Shown piece by piece: positions 44,519 to 55,383 of a stretch of DNA of 64,000 bases (position 1 is its first letter; every line of letters starts with the position of its first letter). The notes below the pieces were generated by a model, which saw nothing but the letters and a program-made list of their open reading frames with translations, did not search any database and was not told the origin of the DNA. The stretch is from Bacteroidales bacterium (GTDB lineage: Bacteria; Bacteroidota; Bacteroidia; Bacteroidales; VadinHA17): contig DATKMR010000014.1 of the NCBI GenBank assembly GCA_035541795.1, positions 214,029 through 278,028 of the forward strand, in the 5' to 3' direction. Both the position numbers and the translations under genes were made by a program.

Positions 44519-45451
44519 ATGAGGCTTATCAGGAATTATAAATATTGTTTGATTTCCTTGCTGATATTGACCAGCAGCAAGGCATACCCACAGGAGCTTC
44601 TTTGCAACGTTCAGATATCAGCACAGAAAATTCAGGGGTCCAACCGCCAGATATTCATCTCAATGCAAAAGGATGTTTATGATTTCATGAACGGGATGGT
44701 CTGGTCAAATATGGTGGTAAGCTATGCTGAAAAAATCGAATGCAACATCCTTATAAATCTTACAGACCAGCTGTCGGCCGATGAGTTTAAGGGGACTATC
44801 CAGATACAGCTTAAGCGGCCGGTCTTCAATACCACTTACAACTCAACCCTTCTTAATTTCATTGATAATAGCTTCCAGTTCAGGTATGTTGAATTCCAGC
44901 CACTTGAATTTGATCCAAACGTTCACAGGTCAAACCTTGTTTCAGTACTGGCCTATTACGCGTATATGATACTCGGTTTCGACGGCGATTCCTTCTCTCC
45001 TGAAGGTGGTACGCCATTCTTCCAGATTGCTGAAAAAATTGTCAATAATGCACAAAATGCCCCTGAACAGGGATGGAAGCCATATGACGGTTCGAGGAAC
45101 CGTAACAGGTACTGGCTGGTTAAGAATATCCTAAACAAGGAATATGCCGGGGTGCGCCAGTTCATTTATGATTACCATCTCAATGGCCTCGACAAAATGG
45201 AATCAAAAGTAACCGAAGCCAGAACCAATATTGTGGAAAGCCTGAGGCTTCTCCAGGATGTTTACAGGAAAAAACCCGACCCTTTCCTTTATTTCTTCCA
45301 GATCGTTCTGGATGCAAAGAGCGATGAAATAGTCAATATATTCACAGAAGCTTTCCCCGAGGAGAAAGGAAGAGTAGTCCAGATACTCACTGAGATAGAT
45401 CCTGCCAACAAGGTAAAATACTCTAAGATTACAGGCAGTTCTCTCCCATAG
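44519..45451 (+). CDS. DUF4835 family protein
   Basis: Signal peptide. It sits between coaBC and recN, as I recall for the Bacteroidota DUF4835 family. Confidence 0.6.
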   Translation: MRLIRNYKYCLISLLILTSSKAYPQELLCNVQISAQKIQGSNRQIFISMQKDVYDFMNGMVWSNMVVSYAEKIECNILINLTDQLSADEFKGTIQIQLKRPVFNTTYNSTLLNFIDNSFQFRYVEFQPLEFDPNVHRSNLVSVLAYYAYMILGFDGDSFSPEGGTPFFQIAEKIVNNAQNAPEQGWKPYDGSRNRNRYWLVKNILNKEYAGVRQFIYDYHLNGLDKMESKVTEARTNIVESLRLLQDVYRKKPDPFLYFFQIVLDAKSDEIVNIFTEAFPEEKGRVVQILTEIDPANKVKYSKITGSSLP

Positions 45452-45461
45452 CAGTTAATTT

Positions 45462-47126
45462 ATGCTTACCCGACTCTACGTTCAGAACTATGCACTTATC
45501 AGGGAGCTCGATATTCCCCTGCAGGAAAACCTTACTGTTATAACTGGCGAGACCGGGGCGGGTAAATCAATTCTCCTTGGAGCACTTTCGCTTGTGCTGG
45601 GAGCAAGGGCCGATACTAATGTACTGCTCGACAAATCACTTAAATGCGTAGTTGAGGGAACCTTCCTTATAAAAGAATATGACCTGAAGGGATTTTTCAA
45701 GGCAAACGAACTTGATTATGATCATGTGTCAATTATCAGGCGTGAGATCAATCCTGCAGGAAAGTCCAGGGCATTCATTAACGATACTCCCGTGAACCTA
45801 AATATCCTGAAGGATCTTGGCGAAAGGCTTATCGACATACATTCGCAGCACCAGACGCTTATGCTGAGTGAAAACACGTTCCAGATGAGCGTTATTGATT
45901 CTTTTGCAGGGAACATGAAGCTGCTTGGAGAGTACAAAGCTTTGTACAGTAACTATAAAAGCCTGAAGAAGGAGTACGAGGAGCTGCTTGAAAAATCTGA
46001 CCGCAATAAGGCGGACCTGGAGTACTACAAGGCCCAGCTCATTCAGCTTGAGGAGGCCAGGCTGAAGGCGGGAGAACAGGATGAGCTTGAAAGGGAACAG
46101 GAAGTTCTTGAGCACACCGAGGAGATAAAGTCATCGCTAGAAAGCGCAGGAAATCTGCTCGCTTCGGATGATGCAGCGATTCTGAACCAGATCAGGGATG
46201 TCAAATCCAGTATTTCCAAAATCAAAGATTACCTGCCGGAGGCGGAATCGCTTCTTACCAGGATAGATTCGGCATATATTGAGCTCGATGATATTTCAAC
46301 CGGGCTTTCCAGAATATCTTCAAGAATTGAAGCTGACCCTGAAAGGCTGAAAATCGTCGGTGCAAGGCTTGATCTGATCTATTCTCTTGCCCAGAAGCAC
46401 AGGGTCAAAACAACCGACGAATTAATTGCGAAGAAACAGGAACTGGAGAGGCTGGTCAACGGAATAGCATCATCTGATGAACGGATGGAGGAGCTTAACT
46501 CACTTATTGAGAAGGAGCTGAAAGTTATGTCGGTGGTGGCAAACCAGGTCAGTGAAAGACGCGGAAAAATAGTTCCGGAGGTGGAGGAAAAGATTTCAGG
46601 AATGCTCAGGCAGCTTGGAATGCCAAATGCCAGGTTCAGGGTGGAGCTGACCAGGCTCCAGGATTTCTCAGCAACGGGAATTGACAAAGCCGACCTGCTT
46701 TTTTCTGCCAATAAGCAGGTACCTCCTGAGAACCTGGCAAAAGTAGCCTCAGGTGGCGAACTCTCGCGCGTGATGCTGAGTCTTAAATCGCTCCTGGCCA
46801 GGAACCTTAACCTGCCGACAATTATATTTGATGAGATCGATTCAGGCGTCTCAGGTGAAGTCGCTGATAAGGTCGGCCAGATACTGTCTGAAATGGGAAA
46901 ATATATGCAGGTGATAAATATTACACATCTTCCTCAGGTGGCAGCAAGAGGCAGGGAACACCTTCATGTATACAAGGATGATACCCGCAGTTCAACAATT
47001 ACCCGCATTAAATTGTTAACACCTGATGAGAGAATACTTGAAATAGCAAGATTATTAAGCGGAAGCGAAATAACCGAGACCTCAAAAAGGAATGCAAAGG
47101 AGCTGCTCGAAGCAGCAACAGAATAG
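45462..47126 (+). CDS. recN: DNA repair protein RecN
   Basis: Walker A GETGAGKS, a long coiled coil, the SMC signature ASGGELSR and Walker B IIFDEID. Confidence 0.92.
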   Translation: MLTRLYVQNYALIRELDIPLQENLTVITGETGAGKSILLGALSLVLGARADTNVLLDKSLKCVVEGTFLIKEYDLKGFFKANELDYDHVSIIRREINPAGKSRAFINDTPVNLNILKDLGERLIDIHSQHQTLMLSENTFQMSVIDSFAGNMKLLGEYKALYSNYKSLKKEYEELLEKSDRNKADLEYYKAQLIQLEEARLKAGEQDELEREQEVLEHTEEIKSSLESAGNLLASDDAAILNQIRDVKSSISKIKDYLPEAESLLTRIDSAYIELDDISTGLSRISSRIEADPERLKIVGARLDLIYSLAQKHRVKTTDELIAKKQELERLVNGIASSDERMEELNSLIEKELKVMSVVANQVSERRGKIVPEVEEKISGMLRQLGMPNARFRVELTRLQDFSATGIDKADLLFSANKQVPPENLAKVASGGELSRVMLSLKSLLARNLNLPTIIFDEIDSGVSGEVADKVGQILSEMGKYMQVINITHLPQVAARGREHLHVYKDDTRSSTITRIKLLTPDERILEIARLLSGSEITETSKRNAKELLEAATE

Positions 47127-47171
47127 CTCTTTTCACATTCAGGTCTGCCTGAAAATTAATTTGGACTAAAT

Positions 47172-48002
47172 ATGAAAGAAGGTTTGTTAAAAGGTAAGAA
47201 AGGAATCATTTTCGGTGCTTTGAACGAAAAATCAATAGCATGGCAGGTGGCTATAAAGGCCCATGAGCATGGAGCGGAACTTGTACTTACCAATTCACCG
47301 GTGGCACTCAGGATGGGTACCATAAAGGAACTTGCAGATTTTACGGGCAGTACAGTAATTCCTGCAGATGCCACGAGGATGGAAGATATCGAGAATCTCC
47401 TTTCTGAAAGCATGAGGATTTTTGGAGGCAAATTTGATTTTATCCTTCACTCGATAGGTATGTCACCCAACGTCAGAAAGGGGATACCTTACGAAGAGAC
47501 AAATTACGAGAATATGCTGAAGACATTCGATATCTCGGCACTAAGCTTTCACAGGGTCCTGCAGACAGCCTACAAGCTTGATGCCCTGAAAGAGTGGGGA
47601 TCGGTTGTTGCCCTATCTTATGTAGCCGCACAGAGAACCCTGTTCGGATACAACGATATGGGAGATGCAAAAGCATTGCTCGAATCGATCGCAAGATCTT
47701 TCGGATATATATATGGAAGGGAAAAGAGAGTCAGGATTAATACTATCTCCCAATCACCTACACTCACAACTGCAGGAAGCGGGATTTTCGGCTTTGATTC
47801 ACTTTACGACTTCTCAGACAGGATGTCACCCCTTGGGAACGCCTCAGCAGAGGAATGCGCAGATTATTGCGTTGCCCTCTTTTCAGATCTGACCCGGAAG
47901 GTCACCATGCAGAATCTTTTCCACGACGGTGGTTTTTCCAGCATGGGTATGAGCCTCAGGGCAATTGAGCAATACCGGAAAAGCTTCGAGGAATGCCCCT
48001 GA
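47172..48002 (+). CDS. fabI: Enoyl-[acyl-carrier-protein] reductase (NADH), FabI type
   Basis: GKKGIIFGALNEKSIAW and the SDR-type FabI layout with Y...Y..MGDAKA. Confidence 0.88.
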   Translation: MKEGLLKGKKGIIFGALNEKSIAWQVAIKAHEHGAELVLTNSPVALRMGTIKELADFTGSTVIPADATRMEDIENLLSESMRIFGGKFDFILHSIGMSPNVRKGIPYEETNYENMLKTFDISALSFHRVLQTAYKLDALKEWGSVVALSYVAAQRTLFGYNDMGDAKALLESIARSFGYIYGREKRVRINTISQSPTLTTAGSGIFGFDSLYDFSDRMSPLGNASAEECADYCVALFSDLTRKVTMQNLFHDGGFSSMGMSLRAIEQYRKSFEECP

Positions 48003-48032
48003 CAGGACAATAAGTATAAATACCTATTTTTC

Positions 48033-48067
48033 AGGCGACTTACCTCTGTGTGGTCGCCTTTTTTTTA
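48033..48067 (+). terminator. Rho-independent terminator after fabI
   Basis: Stem AGGCGAC (48033-48039) / GTCGCCT (48053-48059) followed by a T8 run. Confidence 0.75.
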
Positions 48068-48096
48068 TTTTTGATATCTAGCAAAAACTGCATATC

Positions 48097-49371
48097 ATGA
48101 TAAAGATTATCCTGCTGATTGCCTTTTACGTGCTCTTCCCGCTGCTGATTATTTTTATTTGCAAGAAATGGTCATTCTTCAGGAAGATAGGGACAATCGT
48201 TCTTGCCTATGGCTTTGGACTTGTTCTGGGAAGTTCAGGAATCTTCCCCGAAGGAAGTACACAATACAAAATTGCTTTGCAGGGCAGATCTGCTATTCCG
48301 TCAGCTGAGATGCAGACCCTGGTGGCAGGCGGAAAGCTGCCGCAGGATGATGTATTTGTAAACCAGATTGCCACGGTCCAGGATCTTATTCCTTCAGTAG
48401 CTGTTCCGCTTGCATTTCCGCTTCTCCTTTTCTCCCTGAACCTGAAGCGATGGCTGCGTTTTGCCAAAAAAGGTTTCATATCAGTTATTCTTGCACTGGT
48501 TGCAGGCGTCGTTATGGTTACGCTCGGATTCTTTATTTGGAAGGATTCCATCCCTGAAAGCTGGAAGCTTGCAGGGATGTTCGAAGGTATCTATGCAGGC
48601 GGGACACCGAATTTCGTTGCAATAAAAATGGCACTGAATGTTGATCCCAACCTGTTCATTATTGTGAGTACTTATGATGTGGTAGTCGGTGCCTTCCTTG
48701 TTCTGTTCTTTATAACTGTTGCTCCGAAGTTCTTCAGACTGATATTGCCGGCTTACAAGTACGAGAAGAATGTCGCTTTTTCTGATGATGAGATAAAAAA
48801 GGAGACTGACGACCTTGAGGATTTCAGCGGGTTCTTTTCAAAGGGTCGTTTACTTCCACTGGCAGGAGCTCTTGGTCTTTCCTTCGTGATAGTGGCAATA
48901 GGACTGGGACTTACATTCCTTTTTCCAAAGGTCCCGATGATGGTAGTCGTGATTCTCTCGATAACAACGCTCGGAATTCTTGCTTCTTTTATTCCTAAGG
49001 TTAACAGGATAGAAAAGACCTTTCAGCTCGGCATGTACCTTATACTGGTATTTTCTCTTACCGTGGCTTCAATGGCAAATATTAAATCAATGTTCGGAGT
49101 GGGAATGCTTAGCCTGATAATGTTCATCACATGGTGTTATTTCGGATCGATGCTTTTTCACCTGCTCCTTGCTAAAATATTCAGGATCGATGCTGATAAC
49201 TTTCTTATAACATCAGCAGCATTTGTTTTTTCACCGCCATTCGTTCCCCTTGTTGCAAATGCACTGAAGAACAGAGAACTGATCGTAACAGGAATAACAG
49301 GAGGAATCTTAGGCTACGTTCTTGGCAACTACATGGGCGTTGCCCTTGCATATTTCCTGAAAGGATTCTAG
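48097..49371 (+). CDS. DUF819-like polytopic membrane protein
   Basis: 424 aa with about 12 TM helices. The family call is from memory of the DUF819 N-terminal pattern. Confidence 0.6.
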   Translation: MIKIILLIAFYVLFPLLIIFICKKWSFFRKIGTIVLAYGFGLVLGSSGIFPEGSTQYKIALQGRSAIPSAEMQTLVAGGKLPQDDVFVNQIATVQDLIPSVAVPLAFPLLLFSLNLKRWLRFAKKGFISVILALVAGVVMVTLGFFIWKDSIPESWKLAGMFEGIYAGGTPNFVAIKMALNVDPNLFIIVSTYDVVVGAFLVLFFITVAPKFFRLILPAYKYEKNVAFSDDEIKKETDDLEDFSGFFSKGRLLPLAGALGLSFVIVAIGLGLTFLFPKVPMMVVVILSITTLGILASFIPKVNRIEKTFQLGMYLILVFSLTVASMANIKSMFGVGMLSLIMFITWCYFGSMLFHLLLAKIFRIDADNFLITSAAFVFSPPFVPLVANALKNRELIVTGITGGILGYVLGNYMGVALAYFLKGF

Positions 49372-50756
49372 AACAGGTAATTCAAACCTATATAGAGACC
49401 TTTATCGCCATCCTGGCTATTGAAAGCCTTCCCGAAGTCGACAGCTATTATGAAGTTTTCGTTCATTACAATCCTCAGGCCCAGACCGGCACTTACATGA
49501 AGTTTCTCCGCACCATTGTTGAAGAACTGGCTTTCAGTATATCCGGCAGGCATTTCAGATGATGATGGTAAATTGAATTTAATCTTGTCCGTCACCATTC
49601 CGAAATCCGAAAACGCATTTATACCCAGGTACCAGTTCTGGTTTATAAACCTGAATCTGGCGGCTTTCCACCTTAACTCGGCATTACCATAAAATATTCC
49701 GTCTCCCACAATCCTGTTCCTCAGTATGCCACGAAGGTTCTTTGACCCACCCAATCCTTCAGAATATGCTCCCCTGAGTACTGAAACTATGACCTGCGTC
49801 TGATAATAAAATGGGACCGTACCAAAAATGGTCTGCTGGTACCCGAGCCTGTACGCAAATGACAGATCGTTGGGGATGATTGTAAAATATTGCCTGTGAG
49901 TAAAATAGAATTTTCCAAAGGAGGCCGCACTTCCAATGAATTTGGTGGATACTTCAATTCCACCTTCTGTCCATATTCCTTTCATCGGATTCGGACGGTT
50001 ATCCCTTGAATCGTAAGCCAACCCGGCCTTGATGGTATTTATAAGCCCCCCTTTGGCATCTGATTTTGGAATGATATCCCAGTTCTGGTAAAGCTGGTAG
50101 AGAGATAATGTGTCACCATTGTTTATATTCCAGGGAAGCTTGTCGGAGGCACTTTTGCCTTTATTGAATTTTGCCACATCAACAGTATCAACATTAAACT
50201 TCTGAATTGCGAAACCGGCGTTCCAGAAAAGATGCTCGCCTGAAAGCTTTCCTGAAAAATCATTCTTAAACCTGAAAAGGTTCCTTTTCTGCTTATAGAA
50301 CATCCTGGTAAGGTAATCTGCACCACTATTTACAGTTTTATCGGTCCAGCCTTTATTGTAAACAGCGTCATAACCATTGAACCCATAAAAGTCACAGGCA
50401 TCATCCGGCAGATAGGCAAGATCTGTTGCAAGCCTTACCCCCGGTATGAGTGTAGGCGACTCGTAATTAAACCTGAAAATGCCGCTTCCTTTTGTATAAT
50501 GCGATACCTCAAAATAGAACTTATGATAGTAATCGGGAAACAGATCACCCTTGCCATAATAATAGAGATCTATCAATCCGCCGTACTGGAAACCCATATC
50601 GGTATCAAAGGCAATTGCCGGCAGGATTCCGAAATTCCAGCCGGTTTTTGCCTTCTTCCCGGCATCTTTTTTATCCTTTGTACTATCCTGTTTTACCTGT
50701 GCGTTCGCCGTGATGACAAAACATGCCATCAGCATGAGAATCAGCTGTCTTTTCAT
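49368..50756 (-). CDS. Outer-membrane beta-barrel protein (Omp85 / surface-antigen-like, no obvious POTRA)
   Basis: Signal peptide, alternating beta-strand pattern throughout, and the C-terminal GLYIGLNYLF. Confidence 0.55.
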   Translation of the reverse strand: MKRQLILMLMACFVITANAQVKQDSTKDKKDAGKKAKTGWNFGILPAIAFDTDMGFQYGGLIDLYYYGKGDLFPDYYHKFYFEVSHYTKGSGIFRFNYESPTLIPGVRLATDLAYLPDDACDFYGFNGYDAVYNKGWTDKTVNSGADYLTRMFYKQKRNLFRFKNDFSGKLSGEHLFWNAGFAIQKFNVDTVDVAKFNKGKSASDKLPWNINNGDTLSLYQLYQNWDIIPKSDAKGGLINTIKAGLAYDSRDNRPNPMKGIWTEGGIEVSTKFIGSAASFGKFYFTHRQYFTIIPNDLSFAYRLGYQQTIFGTVPFYYQTQVIVSVLRGAYSEGLGGSKNLRGILRNRIVGDGIFYGNAELRWKAARFRFINQNWYLGINAFSDFGMVTDKIKFNLPSSSEMPAGYTESQFFNNGAEKLHVSAGLGLRIVMNENFIIAVDFGKAFNSQDGDKGLYIGLNYLF

Positions 50757-50858
50757 AGGTCAAGGTTTAAGTTTGGTCAGCTAAAGATAAAGAAAAATGG
50801 AAAGAGCAAAGTATTTTTTTTATAATTGCTACCTTAGGGGTCCCGAAAAACTCCGCCT

Positions 50859-52103
50859 ATGCGCATCCTCATAAAAAATATCTCCGGATTAATGCAGACC
50901 CTCGGGAAAGAAGTAAAAATGCTTTCAGGAAAGGATATGTCGGTATTGAGCTATCTGCCTGACAGCTATTTACTTATTGAGGATGGTTTGATAGCCGGTT
51001 TTGGCGTGATGGACTCCATTCCGGATGAAGCCGGGCCAGGTAAAATAATTGATGCTTCGGGACGGTTTGTCTTTCCTTCATTCTGTGATTCTCATACCCA
51101 TATTGTCTATGCCGGCAGCCGTGAAGCTGAATTTGCCGATAAAATAAAGGGACTGTCTTATGCTGAAATAGCCAGGCGTGGTGGTGGCATACTGAACTCG
51201 GCAAAGTTGTTGCACAATACACCCGATGAAGATATTTACCACCAGGCAATGGGGAGGATCAATGAAATTATAAGCAAGGGTACAGGGGCGATTGAGATAA
51301 AGAGCGGATACGGCCTCAACACCGAAGATGAGCTTAGAATGCTCAGGATCATAAGGAAGATTCGTGAGAATACACCGGCTGAGGTAAAAGCAACATTCCT
51401 TGGGGCTCATGCTCTTCCACAAGAATTCAGAGATGACCGTGATGGTTATATTGAGCTGGTTATTAATGAGATGATACCTGCTGTTGCATCGGAGGAACTT
51501 GCCGATTTTATCGATGTTTTCTGCGATACAGGATTCTTTACTGTGGAGGAGACTGAAAGGATACTGATGGCAGGAATTAAATACGGACTAAGAGCCAGGA
51601 TCCATGCAAATGAGCTTGGATTTTCAGGTGGTGTACAGGCCGGGGTAAGATATGATGCGTTGTCGGTGGATCATCTTGAATGCTCGGGAGAGGATGAGAT
51701 CAATGCACTTTTAGGATCATCAACCATCCCTACCATACTGCCGGGGTCGGCTTTCTTCCTGGGCCTGCCTGAAGCTCCGGTGAGGAAGATGATTGATGCA
51801 GGATTGCCTGTTGCAATGGCCTCCGACTATAATCCCGGGTCGTCCCCGTCGGGAGATATGAAGTTTATTATGTCGCTTGGCTGTATCAGGCACAGGATGA
51901 CACCGGAAGAGGCACTGAATGCCGTAACGATCAATTCGGCTGCTGCCATGGGTATTTCGGAAACACACGGATCGATTACAAGAGGGAAGGTGGCTAACCT
52001 GTTTATTACAAAGAAAATTCCCTCCTATGAATTCATGCCATACGCGTTCGGCTCGGACCTGATTGATACCGTTATTCTGAAAGGCAGGATAATAGAAATT
52101 TAA
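50859..52103 (+). CDS. hutI: Imidazolonepropionase
   Basis: Amidohydrolase motifs CDSHTHIVYAGSRE, HANE and ASDYNPGS are typical of HutI. Confidence 0.9.
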   Translation: MRILIKNISGLMQTLGKEVKMLSGKDMSVLSYLPDSYLLIEDGLIAGFGVMDSIPDEAGPGKIIDASGRFVFPSFCDSHTHIVYAGSREAEFADKIKGLSYAEIARRGGGILNSAKLLHNTPDEDIYHQAMGRINEIISKGTGAIEIKSGYGLNTEDELRMLRIIRKIRENTPAEVKATFLGAHALPQEFRDDRDGYIELVINEMIPAVASEELADFIDVFCDTGFFTVEETERILMAGIKYGLRARIHANELGFSGGVQAGVRYDALSVDHLECSGEDEINALLGSSTIPTILPGSAFFLGLPEAPVRKMIDAGLPVAMASDYNPGSSPSGDMKFIMSLGCIRHRMTPEEALNAVTINSAAAMGISETHGSITRGKVANLFITKKIPSYEFMPYAFGSDLIDTVILKGRIIEI

Positions 52104-52178
52104 GTGACAGAGAAAAAACGGGTTATTGCCAGTACGGCGATGTACAAAATGCAAAGCAGTAAGTTTTATAAATAATAT

Positions 52179-53870
52179 ATGGAGAGGAAGATTATAGAGT
52201 GCGTACCCAATTTCAGCGAGGGACGGGACATGGAGATTATCAGGCAGATCACCGCTGCAATCGAATCGGTTAAGGGTGTCAGGCTGCTGGATGTTGACCC
52301 GGGAAAGGACACTAACCGGACTGTTGTAACATTTGTCGGGACACCGGAGGAAGTGTGTGAAGCAGCTTTCATGTCAGTAAAAAAGGCATCTGAGCTTATA
52401 GATATGTCGAAGCATCACGGGGAACATCCAAGGATGGGTGCAACGGATGTGCTTCCCCTGGTTCCGGTTGCCGGGATAACCATGGAAGAGACTGTTGTTT
52501 ATGCACGTAGTCTGGCTAAAAGAATCGGCGAACAGCTATCTATTCCCGTGTACTGTTATGAGAGTGCGGCACTTGAAGAGAAACGCAGGAATCTTGCCAG
52601 TTGCAGATCGGGTGAATATGAAGGACTTAAGAAGAAGCTTGCCGACCCGGAGTGGAAACCCGATTTCGGCCCGGCGTTGTTTAATGAGAGGGCAGGGGCT
52701 ACTGCAGTAGGAGCAAGGGATTTCCTGGTAGCCTTTAATGTGAACCTTAACACCACCTCTACGCGAAGGGCAAATGCCATTGCCTATGATGTAAGGGAAA
52801 AGGGCAGGCCGCTCCGGGAAGGAGATACTGTAACCGGCAAAATTGTCAAGAACGAAAAAGGTGAGCAGGTTATGATTCCGGGAACCCTCAAGTCGGTAAA
52901 AGCCATAGGCTGGTATATTGAAGAGTACGGTATAGCTCAGATTTCGATGAACCTCACAAATATTTCAGTTACACCTGTCCACATCGCATTCGATGAGGTG
53001 TGCAGGAAAGCAGGAGAAAGGGGAGTGAGGGTTACCGGTTCAGAACTGGTAGGGCTCATACCGCTCAAGGCGATGCTCGACTCAGGCAAATACTTCCTGC
53101 GAAAACAGGAAAGGTCTCTCGGTGTATCTGATGATGAGCTGATTAAAATAGCTGTAAGATCGTTGGGACTTAATGACATTCACCCGTTCAAACCAGAGGA
53201 GAAAATAATTGAATATGTCATGGCAGATAAGAGTAAAAAGTTGCTGACTGACATGAGTCTTAAGGACTTCATGAACGAGACTGCTTCGGAATCACCGGCT
53301 CCCGGAGGTGGTTCAGTATCGTCGTATATCGGGGCACTGGGTGCCTCACTTGGAACAATGGTGGCCAACCTTTCATCGCATAAGCGGGGATGGGATGGAA
53401 GGTGGGAAGAATTCTCAATCTGGGCCGAGAAAGGCAAAGAAATTCAAAATACCCTACTTGCACTGGTCGATGAAGATACCCTGGCCTTCAACAGGATAAT
53501 AGAAGCTTTCGGGCTGCCAAAGAAGACCGGAGAAGAAAAGCTGTTACGTGATAAATCCATTCGTGAGGCGACTATTGAAGCAATTAATGTTCCATTGAAG
53601 GTAATGGAAACAGCTTTCATGGGTTTTGATGTCGTGCGTGCCATGGCAGAATCGGGTAACCCCAATTCAGTAAGCGATGCAGGCGTGGGAGCCCTGGCAT
53701 TAATGGCATGCGTGCGCGGTGCCTGCCTGAATGTAAAGATTAATTCAGGCACACTCGAAGACAAAGTTTACGCCTCCGAAATTGTCAAGAAAGCTGTAAA
53801 CCTGGAAAAGAAATCGGTAGAGGTGGGAGAGGAGATACTGCTGAATGTGAACCGGAAGATTTCGAAATAA
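52179..53870 (+). CDS. ftcD: Bifunctional glutamate formimidoyltransferase / formimidoyltetrahydrofolate cyclodeaminase
   Basis: The N-terminal ECVPNFSEGR hallmark, followed by a C-terminal cyclodeaminase domain (PAPGGGSVS). Confidence 0.9.
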   Translation: MERKIIECVPNFSEGRDMEIIRQITAAIESVKGVRLLDVDPGKDTNRTVVTFVGTPEEVCEAAFMSVKKASELIDMSKHHGEHPRMGATDVLPLVPVAGITMEETVVYARSLAKRIGEQLSIPVYCYESAALEEKRRNLASCRSGEYEGLKKKLADPEWKPDFGPALFNERAGATAVGARDFLVAFNVNLNTTSTRRANAIAYDVREKGRPLREGDTVTGKIVKNEKGEQVMIPGTLKSVKAIGWYIEEYGIAQISMNLTNISVTPVHIAFDEVCRKAGERGVRVTGSELVGLIPLKAMLDSGKYFLRKQERSLGVSDDELIKIAVRSLGLNDIHPFKPEEKIIEYVMADKSKKLLTDMSLKDFMNETASESPAPGGGSVSSYIGALGASLGTMVANLSSHKRGWDGRWEEFSIWAEKGKEIQNTLLALVDEDTLAFNRIIEAFGLPKKTGEEKLLRDKSIREATIEAINVPLKVMETAFMGFDVVRAMAESGNPNSVSDAGVGALALMACVRGACLNVKINSGTLEDKVYASEIVKKAVNLEKKSVEVGEEILLNVNRKISK

Positions 53871-53902
53871 TCGCGTGGCAGCACATCAGTTAACCTTGCA
53901 AT

Positions 53903-54664
53903 TTATTTAATCCTCTTTATCAGCCTGAGGTGATGTGAGTATTTGCCTGTTTCGGGCTTGAATATTCCCTGGTGGTCGAGGTTGTCGATCCGAACTCTTC
54001 CTGAAGCATGGATGACAAGTCCTTCCGAAAAAACCATTCCCACATGCGTTATAATTCCTCTCTCATTATCAAAAAATACAAGGTCGCCGGGCCGTGCATC
54101 ATTAATCATATTCACTGAATCTCCAATTTCAGCCTGTTGAGCGCTGTTACGGGGAATAGCAATACCATGAATCTTAAAGACCAGCTGAGTCAGTCCCGAA
54201 CAATCAATTCCCGAAGGGATTCTTCCTCCCCAGATATAAGGGCTGTTTATGAAACGGAGTGCAGTATCGGTCAGGCTCTCGTTTGCCGACACATAGCTTT
54301 TATTGAAGTCGTCTGACGCATGGAAAATATTCTCCCCGGCCATAAATGTAAACGACGTGAAATCAGGATCATAGATTTCCGATCCGGGTTCCAGTACCAT
54401 CCTGCTCTTGTCTTTTTTAAAGCATGGAAGGGCCTTGTTTATTACGTAGCTCCGGCTTCCTGATTTTTCAGGGCAGTGCTGTAAATGGTCGAGGTCCAGC
54501 CAGCCTGTAAACTTGTCGAACTCAGTTTCAATTTTTATCCACTTGCCCGCCTCGCCAACGATAGCGTACTTTTCACCGAAAACGATTTGGCTGAGCATCT
54601 CTGCCCTGTGCGAAGGGCCCGACCTGAGCGGTACAAAGACATTCTCACAAATATATTTTGACAT
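53903..54664 (-). CDS. NlpC/P60 (C40) peptidase with an N-terminal SH3-like domain
   Basis: YIWGGRIPSGIDCSGL (catalytic Cys) and ITHVGM (His). Confidence 0.85.
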   Translation of the reverse strand: MSKYICENVFVPLRSGPSHRAEMLSQIVFGEKYAIVGEAGKWIKIETEFDKFTGWLDLDHLQHCPEKSGSRSYVINKALPCFKKDKSRMVLEPGSEIYDPDFTSFTFMAGENIFHASDDFNKSYVSANESLTDTALRFINSPYIWGGRIPSGIDCSGLTQLVFKIHGIAIPRNSAQQAEIGDSVNMINDARPGDLVFFDNERGIITHVGMVFSEGLVIHASGRVRIDNLDHQGIFKPETGKYSHHLRLIKRIK

Positions 54665-54726
54665 CTGGTGACGATTTTACAACACGAATTTACACAAAGT
54701 TAGCTTACAGATATCATGATAAAGCC

Positions 54727-55374
54727 TTACCTCATGTCGTTAATTTCTGCTCCCTTGTACTTAACCTGATCAAAGATAAAGTCAGCCGCCACAGGTTTCT
54801 GCTTTATGCTGTAGTAATCGATAACAAGAACGATGGAAGTCCCGTCTTTCCGCCTGTATTCTGCACCTGCAAGTGCTGAGTCTGTTTTGCTGATGGCCAG
54901 CCTGATCCTTACCAGGTCCGACTTGATGTCTTCGGGATAAAGATCTATCACATATGTTTTGCCGTTATCTTCAATTAACCTCGACTTATAACCCTTTTTA
55001 TACAGCGTGAAAATGGAGGATGGTCTGGTAGTAAATGAATCGTCTTTCTTACCGGGCCGTGTGATGGTTACTTCTTTCTCCCTGATTAGATAGCTCCATG
55101 AAGTTGTGCCGTTGAACCATGTTATGTTATCAGGTAATTCCAGCCTGTACTGATCTCTGGCCATGAGAAGGTTTCCCTTTGAGGTGTCGCTTTTCTGACT
55201 TTGCTGGTCAATGTTTATGAGTCTGAAATTAATCGCAACGGAAGGTGCCGAGGTAGCTGTTCTTGAGAAATTATCAAGGATCTTTACAGCCTGAGGATCA
55301 GTCTGTGCGTTGCATTCAGAGAAACCTGATGCCAGGGGTAAAAGGCACAGGAGTGCTGATAAGAATATCTTCAT
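54727..55374 (-). CDS. LolA-like outer-membrane lipoprotein carrier protein
   Basis: Signal peptide, a LolA-like beta pattern, and the usual position downstream of ftsK. Confidence 0.65.
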   Translation of the reverse strand: MKIFLSALLCLLPLASGFSECNAQTDPQAVKILDNFSRTATSAPSVAINFRLINIDQQSQKSDTSKGNLLMARDQYRLELPDNITWFNGTTSWSYLIREKEVTITRPGKKDDSFTTRPSSIFTLYKKGYKSRLIEDNGKTYVIDLYPEDIKSDLVRIRLAISKTDSALAGAEYRRKDGTSIVLVIDYYSIKQKPVAADFIFDQVKYKGAEINDMR

Positions 55375-55383
55375 AAGATTGTT